A stretch of DNA of 64,000 bases, taken from Octopus vulgaris (taxonomy: Eukaryota). The position numbers were made by a program, and so were the translations under genes. Below the pieces are notes generated by a model. The model was not told the DNA's origin and did no database searches. It was given only the letters and a program-made list of their open reading frames with translations. The stretch is taken from positions 31,868,001 through 31,932,000 of the forward strand of contig OX597821.1 of assembly GCA_951406725.2 (NCBI GenBank), in the 5' to 3' direction. This document shows, in pieces, positions 28,862-42,496 of this stretch. The first letter of the stretch is position 1. Each line of letters starts with the position of its first letter.

Positions 28862-29314
28862 AAATCTGTATTTTTGTTATTTTTTATTTGCCCTGTCCGT
28901 GTGAGCTAACAATCGTACTGTCTTTCATGGGAAACATGTATTTTTGTGGTTGAAACCTTTTGGATTAACTGGTGCTAGAGTGAGCCATATAGTGACCACT
29001 CTCTTATATTTATTTTGTAAAAATATTATAATATATTATAAAATATTATAATAATCCAGGTTTCTCGGAGCACTAGGCCACTTGGTGTTGAATAGATATA
29101 CTATTAAATTAGTATCTAATTCTCTCACCCTTATTAATTAATTATAATTATGCTGCATTTATTTCTAAATGCTGTATTTGTTTTCCGTGAAAGTTTGGCG
29201 CGCTGTTATTTGGGGCATTTGAATTATAACGTCGGATGTAATCAATTGAACCACACGTGTATTTATCGTTATGGTAAAATCTGGCGTGTGATTGAGTGGA
29301 TTTCATCCAGTTAG

Positions 29315-29396
29315 TTTTGGCTGACGAGCTACAAGTGGATTTTTTTGTAAGTAAAATTACATTTAATTCATTAATAGCGAAACAATTGTCCCAAAA
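29315..29396 (+). ncRNA. type I hammerhead ribozyme (array copy 3)
   Basis: Same motif; CTGACGA 29321-27, GUC ending at 29390. Confidence 0.9.
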
Positions 29397-29698
29397 TAAT
29401 CTGTATTTTTGTTATTTTTTATTTGCCCTGTCCGTGTGAGCTAACAATCGTACTGTCTTTAATGGGAAACATGTATTTTTGTGGTTGAAACCTTTTGGAT
29501 TAACTGGAGCTAGAGTGAGCCATATAGTGACCACTCTCTTATATTTATTTTGTAAAATATTATAATATATTATAAAATATTATAATAATCCAGGTTTCTC
29601 GGAGCACTAGGCCACTTGGTGTTGAATAGATATACTATTAAATTAGTATCTAATTATCTCACCCTTATTAATTAATCATATATATATATACACACACG

Positions 29699-29766
<68 letters not shown>

Positions 29767-29860
29767 TATATTTCTCATTCTCTTTCAGTCTCACTCTCTC
29801 TCAAGCTCTCTTTCTCTCTATTTCTGTCTCTATCATATGCATATTTATATATATATATGT

Positions 29861-29898
<38 letters not shown>

Positions 29899-30960
29899 AT
29901 ATATAATTGAATTTCTTTCCTAGACATATAGCAATCATGAATGACTGGAGCTACTTCTTATAGTTATCCATGAAGCTGCGAAAGGACAGAGCGAGTGAGA
30001 TAGAAAATGTTCTATATAAACATTTAAGTGTTTACTAATATTTGCTTTATAATATACTTAGTCATACATATGACGATATATTTTTCTACTTGTTCTAGTT
30101 GTTGTTAGGAAATGTCTATGTCTGTGTGTATCTCCTGTTTATGTCTATGTATATTCGGGTGTGGACAGCAGTACATATGTATTTAATACAAAGATATAAT
30201 TGAGAATTTACTCGATGTTGACCAAGAAAATTAATGCATTTATAGCAACCGCCTAAATGTATTTAGCTATCTGATGATCTTCACAAAGCAAGCAGAGTGA
30301 ATTTTTTCGTTTTTTTTATTTTTGTTTATATCAACGTTATCAACTAACCATAATTTATTTTGTTTTTATCTGACTTGTCATTTATAATGTTTAAAACATT
30401 CTTTCAGAAATGTTTGCCATGTCTGGAATTTATCATTTGAATTTTAAGATTGTATATGATAATGCGAAATCTGAAAGTGAAAGACTTCCAACAACATCAG
30501 AAGAAATATTATCAGATCAACAAACGCAAAGAAGAAAAAAAAAAGCATTACAAAATATGAGAGAAATAAACAGAGGGAAAGCAAAGAACGTTTTAAATAA
30601 TGCCATGATATAATGTCCTAATTTATGATTTAATGTTTAGTAGTTCGTTGAATCAAGGGCAACAAACGAGTCGGCAGAAACGGTGAAATAGTGGAAATAA
30701 ATGTGACGTATGTAATTTCAGCTTCGACTACAAAGCCTGAACTGAAACATTGTAGTCTGACCTGTTTTGATAAATGGAAACTCCGAAGAGAAGACTTTAG
30801 AAAAATGTAGCTGGTCTTTCTAACAGCGTTATGGCCACGTAAATGTTTATTCCGCAACACTAGATTCGGCTTCACCATTATCAGTAAAATATGGTCGACT
30901 TTTAAGTTTGTTCTGGTCGGTCATATTTAAACAGAAGTTAAAACGTTATAGTAAAATAAT

Positions 30961-31385
30961 GATCTTTTCGGTTTGAACGGCAGTTTTTTCTAGCGGTGTC
31001 ATATGAAATTGTCACCCATAATTATGACCCTAGAATCAATCTATTGCATTTCAATCTGTTTTATGGTTAGGTTTAGGGTTAGGGTTAGGCGTGGGGGGAA
31101 GGGTATTTTTTTCTTCACAAATGTAAATAAAGCCAATCTGTTTCTTAAACGAGGGACATATTCATACGGCACAGAATGTTTTTTACCTCAATAGACGTCA
31201 GTGATTGGTTAAAATTGCAGAAAGTGAAGAAAACAATAACAAATATCTTACAAACTATAGAATTTTCTCAATAAAGCCAAGAGAAAAAGATGTTTTATAA
31301 ACACATTCTACCAGTATACGAAGTTTATAATTTTTTAGTTACCTAGAAATTATGTTAAAAACTGCCGTTGAAACCGAAAAGATCC
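30961..31385. mobile_element. second copy of the TTAGGG-containing MITE
   Basis: Same TIRs and interior as 18062-18484; degraded TSD (..AAATAA). Confidence 0.92.
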
Positions 31386-33803
31386 CGAAATAATAAAAGC
31401 AATAATATAGGTTCGAAACAAGACAAGGTGAATGGTTGTTGAACGAAATAATTTCTATCTAATAAAGCACTCCACAACAAATATGATCCAATGTCTTTCC
31501 TATCGCACTATCCTATAAAAAGAATAATTATGTCTAAAAAACAGATTTTCTTTTTTATTCACAACTGAAATAAGGTTGACTACAGAATTACTAGATATAA
31601 GCTGAGATGAAGCTAAACAGCAACGCCTTTCAAGACTTATGAATACATTAAGGTATATCCAATAATATTGTAACAGTAACGAATTTTAGGGGCGGAAATT
31701 CTTCAGAAAATAATGTAAATTCGGATTCTTATGCATTTAAATGTTACAAGAAATATATTCAATGCTGTTTTTATCCATGTTCCTGTTAACCCTTTGTCAG
31801 CTCTAATTAAGCAGATCTATAGCGAAATATATTCTAGATGGTATTTTCTTTTCTTGATATATTTATATCCAACGACTCCTAACGTGTCTTTTATTTCTGG
31901 AGAGAGTAATTCTTTATTTTATCCTAGTTTTAGCTGTTATTTCTTGTGGAAATATGTTCTCTTTTTAGCCTATGTTAGCACCTCAGCGGCTCGTACATAC
32001 ATTATATGTTATATCATTCAAATATAAATATTCGTATTTTGCATGAATTTTGCAGAAAATGCTTAATATAATGATGTTTAAATATTTTTGTCTGAGGAAC
32101 GTGAATTCACATTATATACTCTTATTTATGTTCTAATTCTGGTTAAACGAAATCTCATTCTTTCCATGTAGGCTCCAAGCCCTTTGGCAAATTTCTTACA
32201 GATTAAACTCAGAAACTGAATATTAATGCATTTTACACTAAATTAATGCATTTTAAAATGAAATAATGCATTTAAAATTATCTGAATGAACGAACGTATA
32301 AAAATTGTGTAGATGTAGAACAAGACTATGGGCGAACGTTCTTATGATTTTAACACTTCTTATAGCTGTATGACGCCAAAATATTTCTACCTACTCAAAG
32401 ATAATCAAATGAGTACATTGTATTGGGATATGTCGTCCAGTTGCCAAGTTTATCGGGGAATCTCCTATCAGTAATTCAATTACATTTACAAAAGTTTTCC
32501 ATTATAACCTGACATATTTTATCGAAGTAAATTGAGCCTACGTCATTCATTATGTATTGATCCCTTTGGATAGAATATCACAAAAGATTCTGCAGTTGAC
32601 TGTATCGAGGTGATAAACGTTAGATAAATCATGCATTCATGCATATGTGTATTTCTCCTGTGTGTACAGTATTTTGTCTGCGTCTACATTTACAACCATA
32701 TATAACTTTATACACATATATACATATTATGAAAGTATAAATATATCAGTACCTGGGAGTCTGCACGCCTATTTTCTTATGTGTGTATCTTTGCGTTTGT
32801 CCCTTTGTAAGTTAGTTAGGTTTCAGGTATTTGCTCATATTCATACGAAATAATACTGTGCAAGCAGTCGTACGTTACAACAATATATACACTGCGCGCG
32901 CGCGCGCGTGTGTGTGTGTATGTGTGTATATGTGTGTGTGTGTGTGTGTATAAATGCCACGTCCAGCCTCTCAGCACTTATGCACCGAACGGACTGCCTC
33001 CTCTGCATTTAATATTTCCGCACTGCTAATTTAGGGAAACTCAACATACCACTTGAATACATTTGTATTCTGGTTGAACATTAGAAACATTTCTGTAGGG
33101 TGGCAATGAGAGCCAAATTATGTAAACTTCTTTCAGGAGCTTTGCTTTCGTTATAAGGAAAACTGTAGAGTCTAATACATTCACTGTTCACCAGTTCGAT
33201 AGATTGATATTTCCTGTTAACACTTTTCTCTCTACCTTGGAGTTTACGTCCACTGTATCCAACACATTTCGTTGCACAAGACTGCAGATACTTGCACAGT
33301 AGCAATGCTGACTTACAGAGAATAACACCGTGTGTGCGTGAGTATGTGTGTGTGTGCGTGTGTGTGTTTTTGGGTGATGTGTTAATATATCTCTAGCTAA
33401 ACGCATTTTCAATCCAGCCAGTCGCATAAGAACATTAAATAATTAAAACGGCTATAAATTTGTAGCCTATTTATGTCTTATAACTTCCAAATCATGGCGC
33501 AAAATACAGCAGTTAACTAAGTGAACTAAGTGGAAGACAATCACTAGAACTGGTGGATTTTCCCATGGGAAAATTCTTAAATTTCCATATTGCCTGAACA
33601 TAACAAGATGTCTAATTTATCTAGTTACAGTTAAATGCATATTGGAACTACCGATGCTGGCGAAAAGCTTGGTATTTTATACATAGATACACGCATAAAT
33701 ACACGCATATATACATACGTATGAATGCCAGTATGTAGGCATATATGTATAACAATGTTTTTGCGTGGGTATACAATCGTGAATATGTGACGCATTTTTA
33801 TAA

Positions 33804-33870
<67 letters not shown>

Positions 33871-34249
33871 CGTATGAAAACATATCTACAAACATACATA
33901 AAATGTCATTCCTAATAAAGCCTTCCCTAGAATCAATGCAGAGAATCCCCTTGTTATTGAAAAGATACACAAACAACACCACAAGGGATATTAGTTGAAC
34001 CAAAGTCAACATGTGTCAAATGTAAATAGAATACAGATATTGTTCTTTGAGACTTATAAAAACACGTATGTACCATCATAGGTGACGGCTCTCCTGCCTA
34101 AGTAAAATTTCTCTTTGAAAACGGAGGAGGAAGATGATAAAGGCGGAAAACCGTTCTGAAACCTACAGGTTCCATTTCCAGATTTTCCGTGGGTAAATCA
34201 AAAGTTATAAGCACTATTGTTCCCGTAATTTATTAGATCATTAGCAGGA

Positions 34250-34415
34250 ATTGAATAGTTACACCATTTTTCGACAAAGGCTCCTAGATTTCCGATGCAC
34301 TGCTTCAAGCCGTCCACAAACATACTTATGGAGAAGGATTTCGGCTGGCCAAGCTGATGTTTATGCATCGCCTCCTGCGCTGCTTTGTCCGTAGCAACTC
34401 GATGTACTTCATACA
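34250..34415 (-). mobile_element. mariner C-terminal remnant
   Basis: ATDKAAQEAMHKHQLGQPKSF..FVDGLKQCIGNLGAFVEK resembles the mariner C-terminus (QP..FF..GI..L..RW.KC....GDYVEK). Confidence 0.45.
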
Positions 34416-35981
34416 GTATATTTGAGCAGTGCAAAGAGGTGATAGTTGGAAGGGTCGAAATCTGGCAACCATTAGTAATTGTCAAACTAACATGCCAGAA
34501 GGACACAAACCTTTTTTCTTGCACCCCATTCTTTTTCACATTTTATATTTTTCTCCTCCATTTTTTTTTATTCCATCATGTCTCATTTTTTCTTCCTCTT
34601 TCTTAGAAAACAGACATGTTTTTTATTTATGAGTAAGACATATTCCTTTTACAGGATAATCCATGGCGAGTATTCCAAGATCGTGTCATTAATTCTCTAT
34701 CAGTACATAAAACGTACACTCCATGACATTTATATCCTGTTTATGAAATGATAATCATCTCTCGGTGAATGAAGTGCATTTTTTTATTGTAACATTAAGG
34801 GAACATTAAAATGTGTGTTATATATGTGAATGAGTGTGTAGATATACAAACGATATAAATACACATACATATCAATGATACAATTCTTTCTTAAATCACT
34901 CCATACGGTTTAATAAGTCGTATTCAAATTGCGAACGAAGTTAATTTCATACGCTATCCTCTTTTTTCCTCTATTTTATTTGTCTTCTATTTTCAAATTA
35001 TTTTTGTTTGTTTTGTTTCCTTTTTAGCTTTCATTGTTTCTATAGATTTTCGAGGTTTTTCACCAAAACTCCCCTATCATATTTAGTTTCTTAGGCTTTC
35101 CAGTCTGATAAGAATAATACACATAGCGTTCTTAAAGGATTTTCAAAATTCCTGCAATTATATACCGAAATTCCTGATCAGTATTCATTGAGATGGGGCT
35201 TGCAAATTTCACGGGATCAACACAGCTCACTCTCTATTTAATACGTTTATTTTATTATAGAAATATTGACTGTCAATAGCGAGGTGTAAACGATCATTAT
35301 ACAGCTGTTGGCATTGACCTATATAGGAATTGAGGCACCTGATGAAATATTCACAGTACAGTATAGTTCATACTGTTCCGTATATGGTTTTCGCAATCAC
35401 TTACCCATATATATATACGTTAATACAGATAAACACATAAAGAGAGAGAGAGATATAGAAATATACATCAGTGGTTAGTAAGGTGCTAATGTTTATGCTA
35501 CATATGTTCACACTATGCAAATATTTTGTCCCTGTATACAAAGGTGTTGGGAAATCTGAAGAAACGTTCACACTTTGGCATTGTATTCTTGCATAAAAGC
35601 AAAACTACAGATTTTTTTTCGATCGCTAACATGGATAAATACATCTTAATATGAAAATATTCAATAATGATTTCACGTTGTATATATGGACATTGTTTAC
35701 AATAAATTCTTATAAAATGTCCAAACACTAGTGTGAACGTGTGGAACAGGTAGAAGTAAGTGTTTAGAAATGAGTCAACGGCACTGAAGGTAACCAACGG
35801 TGACGGATTAAGACTACAGCGACGTTCATGCTCAGTAACCAAGCTAACCAAATAACAAAGATATTTCATCCAACACTCTAACGTCTCTGCTTATTCGCCA
35901 CCTTAAGTACGAACATATATACACATAAATACGCACGAACAGTGACACACACACATACCTACATATATATATATATACGTA

Positions 35982-36022
<41 letters not shown>

Positions 36023-36067
36023 ATATATATATATATGTATGTATGTACGTATGCATGCGTATACATG

Positions 36068-36102
<35 letters not shown>

Positions 36103-36404
36103 TTATATATTCTTAAAATCGTTTATAGGAAGTGCTTTGAGTACGCATATATAAACTCCTATTCTATTAAGTCGTCTATGGCTTAATAATGTCCGCTTGC
36201 CATAACAGTTTTATGGCGTTCTACCTAGTTGTACATATATGATGTAAGATAACTATAGTAGTCGAAATATTAATAATAACAACATCAACAACAACAACAA
36301 CAATGATGATGAGGAGGAGGAGGAGGAGGAGGAGGAGAAAGAGGAGGATGATGATGATGATGATGAGGAGGAGGAGGAGGATGATTATGATGATGATAAT
36401 AATT

Positions 36405-36903
36405 GGTATAAAATATGGGCTACATTTGGTATAAAAGATGCGCCACAGCAAATATTCTGCTCAATACCACAGATTCGCTGGTCAGTTGTTTGACCGTAAC
36501 CAGTTGACCATGTCCTTTAGTGGCTGACGATATGTGCATCTCCGATCACGAGCAGAAGTAGATGGGGAACATCATAGCCATGAATTCTTGGAGGTTTGGA
36601 TAATTCCCATTTGGAAACATGGGTGGTTCGTTCAACATCGCTAAACAATCCTTATTCAGGGACCTTTTGAGCGGAATGGGCTACTCGACCAGAAGAAAAT
36701 TTTAACTGGGCTCCACCTGCAAGGTCATGTGCTGTTTTTCTTTATATGAGATCACAATGTTGCGCACATATGGTTGTGATGCATGTGCCTAGTGTACCCT
36801 TATCGGATGGATAGTCATGATAGATATACTGGGCTTCGTATATTTTACTCCAGTGTCACTTTGATGTCATGCACTGCTTTCTCACGCGATAATAATGATA
36901 ATA
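36405..36903 (+). mobile_element. probable retroposon 3' end with (AAT)n-like tail
   Basis: GC-richer non-coding block between a trinucleotide tract and an AATAATGATAATAA tail; family not identified. Confidence 0.45.
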
Positions 36904-37403
36904 AAAGTCATGGCTGGAAGTTCTTAATATGTTAATGCATAGCTACGCGCGTTCCAGAAGTTATATGTTTCTTACTACCTTAGTCGTTATTCCTGGGATG
37001 ATTACAGTACAATTCGTAACATTTATGGACATCAGGTGGATGTTTGTTCATGTGTTCATTTTTTTTCAGTCGATATGACATTAAAGTTGGACAAAACGAA
37101 TGTATAACTGAAGGTTGTTTATAAGAATGTATAACTGAAGGTTGTTCTCTGTGTATTTTCATGTCTATTTGATTGGGAATTGATAAACATCTTTCAATTA
37201 TAAATTCGTTACTTCCAACTTTAATGCCTTATTGCCTGAGGAAATGAACGCATGAACTAAGATCCACTTGGTGTCCCTTGATATTACGTATTGTACTGTA
37301 ATCATCCTAGGAATGAGGAACATGGACGTAAGAAAAGTGTGATTTTTGGAAACGCGCGTAGTGATGAATTAAAATACGTTTAACTTACATACTATTATCG
37401 TTA

Positions 37404-37410
<7 letters not shown>
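36890..37410. repeat. diverged inverted repeat (foldback) carrying a hammerhead-like motif
   Basis: About 36890-37105 mirrors about 37200-37410 (CTACGCGCGTTCCA / TGGAAACGCGCGTAG; GGATGATTACAGTACAAT / ATTGTACTGTAATCATCC). Confidence 0.8.
37229..37367 (+). ncRNA. hammerhead-like motif with long, poorly paired stem II region
   Basis: TTATTGC-CTGAGGA-(~106 nt)-GAAA-CGCGCG-TA-GTGATGA; stem I pairs using several G-U pairs; stem II base is weak. Confidence 0.5.
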
Positions 37411-37476
<66 letters not shown>

Positions 37477-40015
37477 GAAATGAGGTAATCAGAAGATCGG
37501 ATGGTTCATATTTATAGATATTTATTTATATATTACATTTTTTACATATATATATCATTCAGATCATATCATTCAGATTATTAGAGCTTTTTCCCATTCT
37601 AGTGGGGTCACACATACACACATAAATACGGACATTTGTATTCATATATTCGTATATACATGGTAGCTGTCGACTCACTAGCCGAATGTAAACTTGCGTG
37701 AATGTTAAAGGGGGTGTCTGTCAGCATTTCCGCGGCTGAACTTTCAAATGAATAAGAGGTTGCTAAATACTGCTAAGACTCTCACCAACGAAACTGAAAT
37801 AATTCGAAAAGAAATTAATGGAAATCTCCGGATCCGTAATGAAACGGATATAGTTTTAGAAACCTGTGCTCCTGACATTTATATCGACGGAAGTTTAAGG
37901 AACGACAACCACTTGTGGCTTTTCACATATCGCAACAATTCATGCGGTATTTCTGTCAATTCGCTCAGGAGTCGACATTCATATGTAAATGAAGTCAGAA
38001 TTATACCAAAGTTTTCATTCTCTTAGAGAGATAGCTGAAGAAAGACTAGGGCATCTCTCTCTTAGCTGTTGGTGACCCTTGATCATAGTGGGTTCTTCCG
38101 TGTAATGACAGATTTTAGTTTCCATCTTGCTGGGTTTTCAACAAAATCCACCTCATTATCAAGCAGGCGTGGTAAGACTTATTTACTGAGAATCCCACCA
38201 CACCTTATGTTGTACCTGGTTACATCTTACAATTAACACTAACTGTGGCCTATCTTACACACATACGCAGACATACGTATTGAAGTGAAATACATATAAA
38301 TTATGTGGTAAAATGAAATCAAATTCATGCCACCCACAGTAGCAATTTGAAATCAATACATCCTGTATATGCATAAGCAGAGCAGATTTCCAATTTAGCG
38401 TGACATAAGTTGAACCAGGGGTAATTTGAAATTGCACATTGTTTCAATGTAAACAGTTAAATAAGACATAATTCAAAGAAACATTAAATGCAGCGAATCG
38501 AAACTCTGCCATTTATGTCGGTTACTAAGATAAGAGCTTATATTTATTCCACAATGTTGCTATAGAAATAAAATACTTCCGTCGAATACTACACATATCC
38601 ATTTAACCAATTTGAAAGCAATTATAAACAATTATATTTTTCTTCCATTAACTATATTTTTTTATTTCATAAGGATAATCTTCTATTTTCGTCCCCACTA
38701 TTATGCATTTTTTTCATCCTACCCATCTTAATCAATATATTACTAATTTCAAATCTTCAGATCTTGAAAATTACAATTGTTTGCTACATAGTTTTGTTTT
38801 AGTCAAAAGTAATTTCCTCCTGCTGTTTGGCGGTGTTATTTTTATTTCTCATTTTTTTCTTTGCTTCATTGTTCTTTTGTTTATTATAAATCTGTCTTGG
38901 CTTCCAAATATCTTTTTCGCAGAAAGGAGTCACTTATTTCTGTTGATTAACGAAAGAATTCCTCCGATAATACCGACGTGCTATTTAACAATGATTAACA
39001 TTGGATGAAATATCACACCTGCAAAAATAACTGCAGGATATATTTCACTTACTCACACGTCAAATACACACACACAAGCACCAACAGAGCTACACTCACA
39101 GAGGTGAGCATACACACGCACGTGAATAGCTATGTACAGACATTCCCAGTTATACACCCATATCAGTGAACAAATGCGCAATATCATACACACTTAGGAA
39201 CACATATACACATACACACACACGTCCCTTATATATGTGTGCGTGTCCTTATGTATAAATATCTATACATTCACCCAAATACAACAATGTTGTTTACGGT
39301 AGTATAGAGAGAATTGTGTGTATATGGAAACGCAAGTGACTCTTAATGAGATAGCTATCGTTTGCAATTGTAAGAATATAAAGTGATTTAGGAGTTACAT
39401 ATAATAATGAAGGCATGATAATGAGAATGATATTATATTTCGTTGCCAGCTATTCTCCAAATGTTCAACACTGTTTTAGCGATAAGCATTTCCCTGTTTC
39501 TTATCACATATCGATTATCCTTCGTCACGGATGTAATTACCGCATATGCAAACGTTTAACTTTCGGTAAATGCTGCAATAACAGATAGAACAATGACAAA
39601 AGGAACATTGACAGCAATATTATCGCTATTGACTATAACACTATTTGAATCTAAAAACAGATATGTAGTCCATCTTACGTGTGTATCTCAACTTTTTGAG
39701 GAGTTTATGTTTTTTGGCTTTGCTTCAGTGTATGTGTGTATGTATAAAGTGTGTTTGTATAGATGATTAAAAGATAGCAGGATGGAGGTAATTAGCTATC
39801 ACTTCTTACAATGCCTTACAAACTTTAGAATGGAATGAAGATTAGGTACAATCTAAATTACCAAAATAAAACGGAATCGTGACATTTGTAAAGTAAAATT
39901 TTACGTCGAACTTTAGTTGAATTCATGCCTTTATATCCGGGGCGAAACGACTGTCCTTAGGATACTTACGCCATTACGTGTTATATATTTTTTTATGATA
40001 TGCTTTGAATAAATA

Positions 40016-40312
40016 TCTTTATATATAAAAGTGAAGTTGTGTGTCTGTCTCCTACGATTTAGATTCCTAACTACTACCACATTTTGCGGTGCAGTTTAAC
40101 CGAAAGCAGGTATCTTATACTCGTGATTCATATCGATCCCTTCTGGGTATTAGCGTGCGTCTACGATGAGTCTACGATTAAAAAAAATTTACCATCATTT
40201 TTTCCCATTTTTAATGCATTTTTTTGCTATTATATAAGGGAAGTAACTCTCTAAAAATGCTTATATAGTTATTTCCCTTACAAACCCGAGCAACGCCGGG
40301 CGATACTGCTAG
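40016..40312 (+). mobile_element. non-autonomous Helitron
   Basis: A|TC 5' end, subterminal hairpin CCCG-AGCAACGC-CGGG (40285-40300), CTAG|T 3' end, no TSD. Confidence 0.88.
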
Positions 40313-42253
40313 TTTCAATATAACAAGAAAATTAGAAGAATATAACATGTCAGATGTTATATTTTCGTTTTCTGTGTTTTGAGAGAGCGGGTTGAAACAA
40401 TACTAACAGGAATATAAACTAATCAGAACTATCCAAAGCGATTAGTTTTATATGTAAGTTCCCCATCAGTTATAATCGGCCAAGTGTCTGCATCTGAAAA
40501 AATCTCGCCAAAAGAGAATGGTATAAGCGCCCTTATCTATCATAGAATATCAGATGTTCTTATATCCAGAACACTCACTTCACGCTACCGAACTTATTGA
40601 AGAGAACTACAAAAGTTGGTTGACTATGACACCTCTGTAGTTTCAGGTGAAGTCAGAATGTACAAGCAAACGTTCCAAATACGCCATTGCATTATGGTAA
40701 ATGCTTTAAGAATTGGTGCCACTAATAACACTGGGATAGAACTTTATCAGATCGATCCCAAATGAAATGTAAGGCAATGTTGGCCTCAGCAAATATTGGA
40801 ATGAAGATGAGAACATCAGGACAAGAGCCATATATTTTAATGTAACACTTTTAATGAATATAACGAAAATCAGCAGTTATACTTGATATATATGTGTTTG
40901 GGAGTGTATGTATATGTTATAATATGTGAATGTGTAATGTAGGAGTCCCGCCCCAGCTGATGCATTGCTTGTTAGCATGTACTCTGTTTCGTTAACTCTT
41001 TAAGGCGGCGATGTACGCTCATCTCATTAATACACACGTAAATCTCGATGCAGTTTGTAAAGATGAATTTTGTGATGCCGTTCTGGTTACGATAAATTCT
41101 ATAAATGTTTTCATACACATTTATAAGTACATGTGTATGAGCTCTGACGAAGAAACGTTTTATTACCTTTACTTCAGATGTCCTTCAAAATGTCAGCTTA
41201 AAGTTACCGCTTAATATATTTGAACTCCGACTACTAATTTTCCCCCACTAAGCTATAGGCAAACAGGCAATACTTATAAAATTCTGTTTAATTTATTTTT
41301 GTTGTAAATTATTCACTAAGTTTTACTGTTTTTACTCCGAATTACAGGATACAAAAGTAGGAATATACAGAAAATAGTTTATCGTTGGTAAACATAAGCC
41401 ATATTACATGTAATGGTTCTATTTTATCGAAACGTATATAAGCATATAAAATATTGCGAAAGATGTGTTGTGCAAACGAAAAAGTAAAAATTATACATAG
41501 TGATATTGTCAGTAGAAAAGAAATATACTTTGTTCCTGGAAAACGCATAGCTTTCGAATTTTCTCTCAATTTTATTGCTAAAGATAACAACGTACAAACT
41601 TTCGTAGATGAGAAAAAAGAAATTGGTTTCATGATCTCGACAAAGCTTTCTTCTGAAATTATTCTGGGAAACCTCTCTCACAGTCCTTGGGGGACTGAAA
41701 TTCTTGACATAGAATAACTAAATTGACCTTATTCCAGTGAAGGTAAGGCATTGTGTGATGTTGATTAGTCGCTGAAATTTTAGTTCACTGGCTGATATCA
41801 CATACGATCGAATCTCAGTTTGCATACCTCTAGGGATATTAGAAGGGTCTGCACATTACCAGCTACTATTTCTCCTGTTACACTTCTTGTCTCACTAAAA
41901 ATTATCCTCACCAGAGGAGAACCAAAACTTGCCATGAAGCAAACGTTCCATGGAGCTTAGCAGGAGAGAACTGTTTCCCGGCGTCTTTGTAGATATGAAT
42001 TATTTTCGATTTACTACATGCGAATTGTGTCAAATATCTTCATAATCTACAGCCTTGATAGTCGAGGTTGGCAACATGAAGTTGTTTGGCAATGGTCTTC
42101 ATTGGTTCTCCCTTTAAGTCCATATTTCGAAGGCTTTCGGAGGGGATTACTGTCTCCTGAGTACAATTACTCATAAAATCTTTAAAATATCTTAATCGCC
42201 CACATATACCAACAATGATAGTCTTCACAATTTTTTGTTTCAATGTGTGTCTA

Positions 42254-42295
<42 letters not shown>

Positions 42296-42428
42296 GGCAT
42301 TTCAGCACACATGAAGAGCATGTAAGAAATAAAAAACCTTTCAATCGTTTTGGAAACAGAAAAAGAGTAATTATGTATCCACGAATGTCTTTTACATTTT
42401 GTACACACACTCACAGAAGTGTATACAG

Positions 42429-42496
<68 letters not shown>

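Larger units (their letters stand above)
27708..29676. mobile_element. retrozyme-like non-coding array of a 535-bp unit: ~1.3 units on minus (27708-28414), then ~2.4 units on plus (28415-29676)
   Basis: Period 535 (TAAGAGAGTGG at 27716 and 28251; TTGAAACC at 28415, 28950 and 29485); near-identical copies; no ORF in the track; one HHR per unit; (TA)n on both sides. Confidence 0.9.

Noticed and set aside
27708-29676. CRISPR array or simple satellite interpretation of the repeat block
   Set aside because: No short repeat with unique spacers, and the context is eukaryotic; whole 535-bp units repeat and each carries an HHR.
37748-38026. 92-aa ORF inside a (TA)n-adjacent block
   Set aside because: No recognisable domain or splice support; probably within a non-coding repeat.
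41144-41165. CTGACGA-A-GAAA-CG-TT
   Set aside because: Stem II absent and stem I does not pair.
41450-42230. ORFs 41454-41717 and 42040-42540; possible Tc1-like relic (EPMKTIAKQLHV)
   Set aside because: No convincing catalytic motifs or TIRs; too weak to call.
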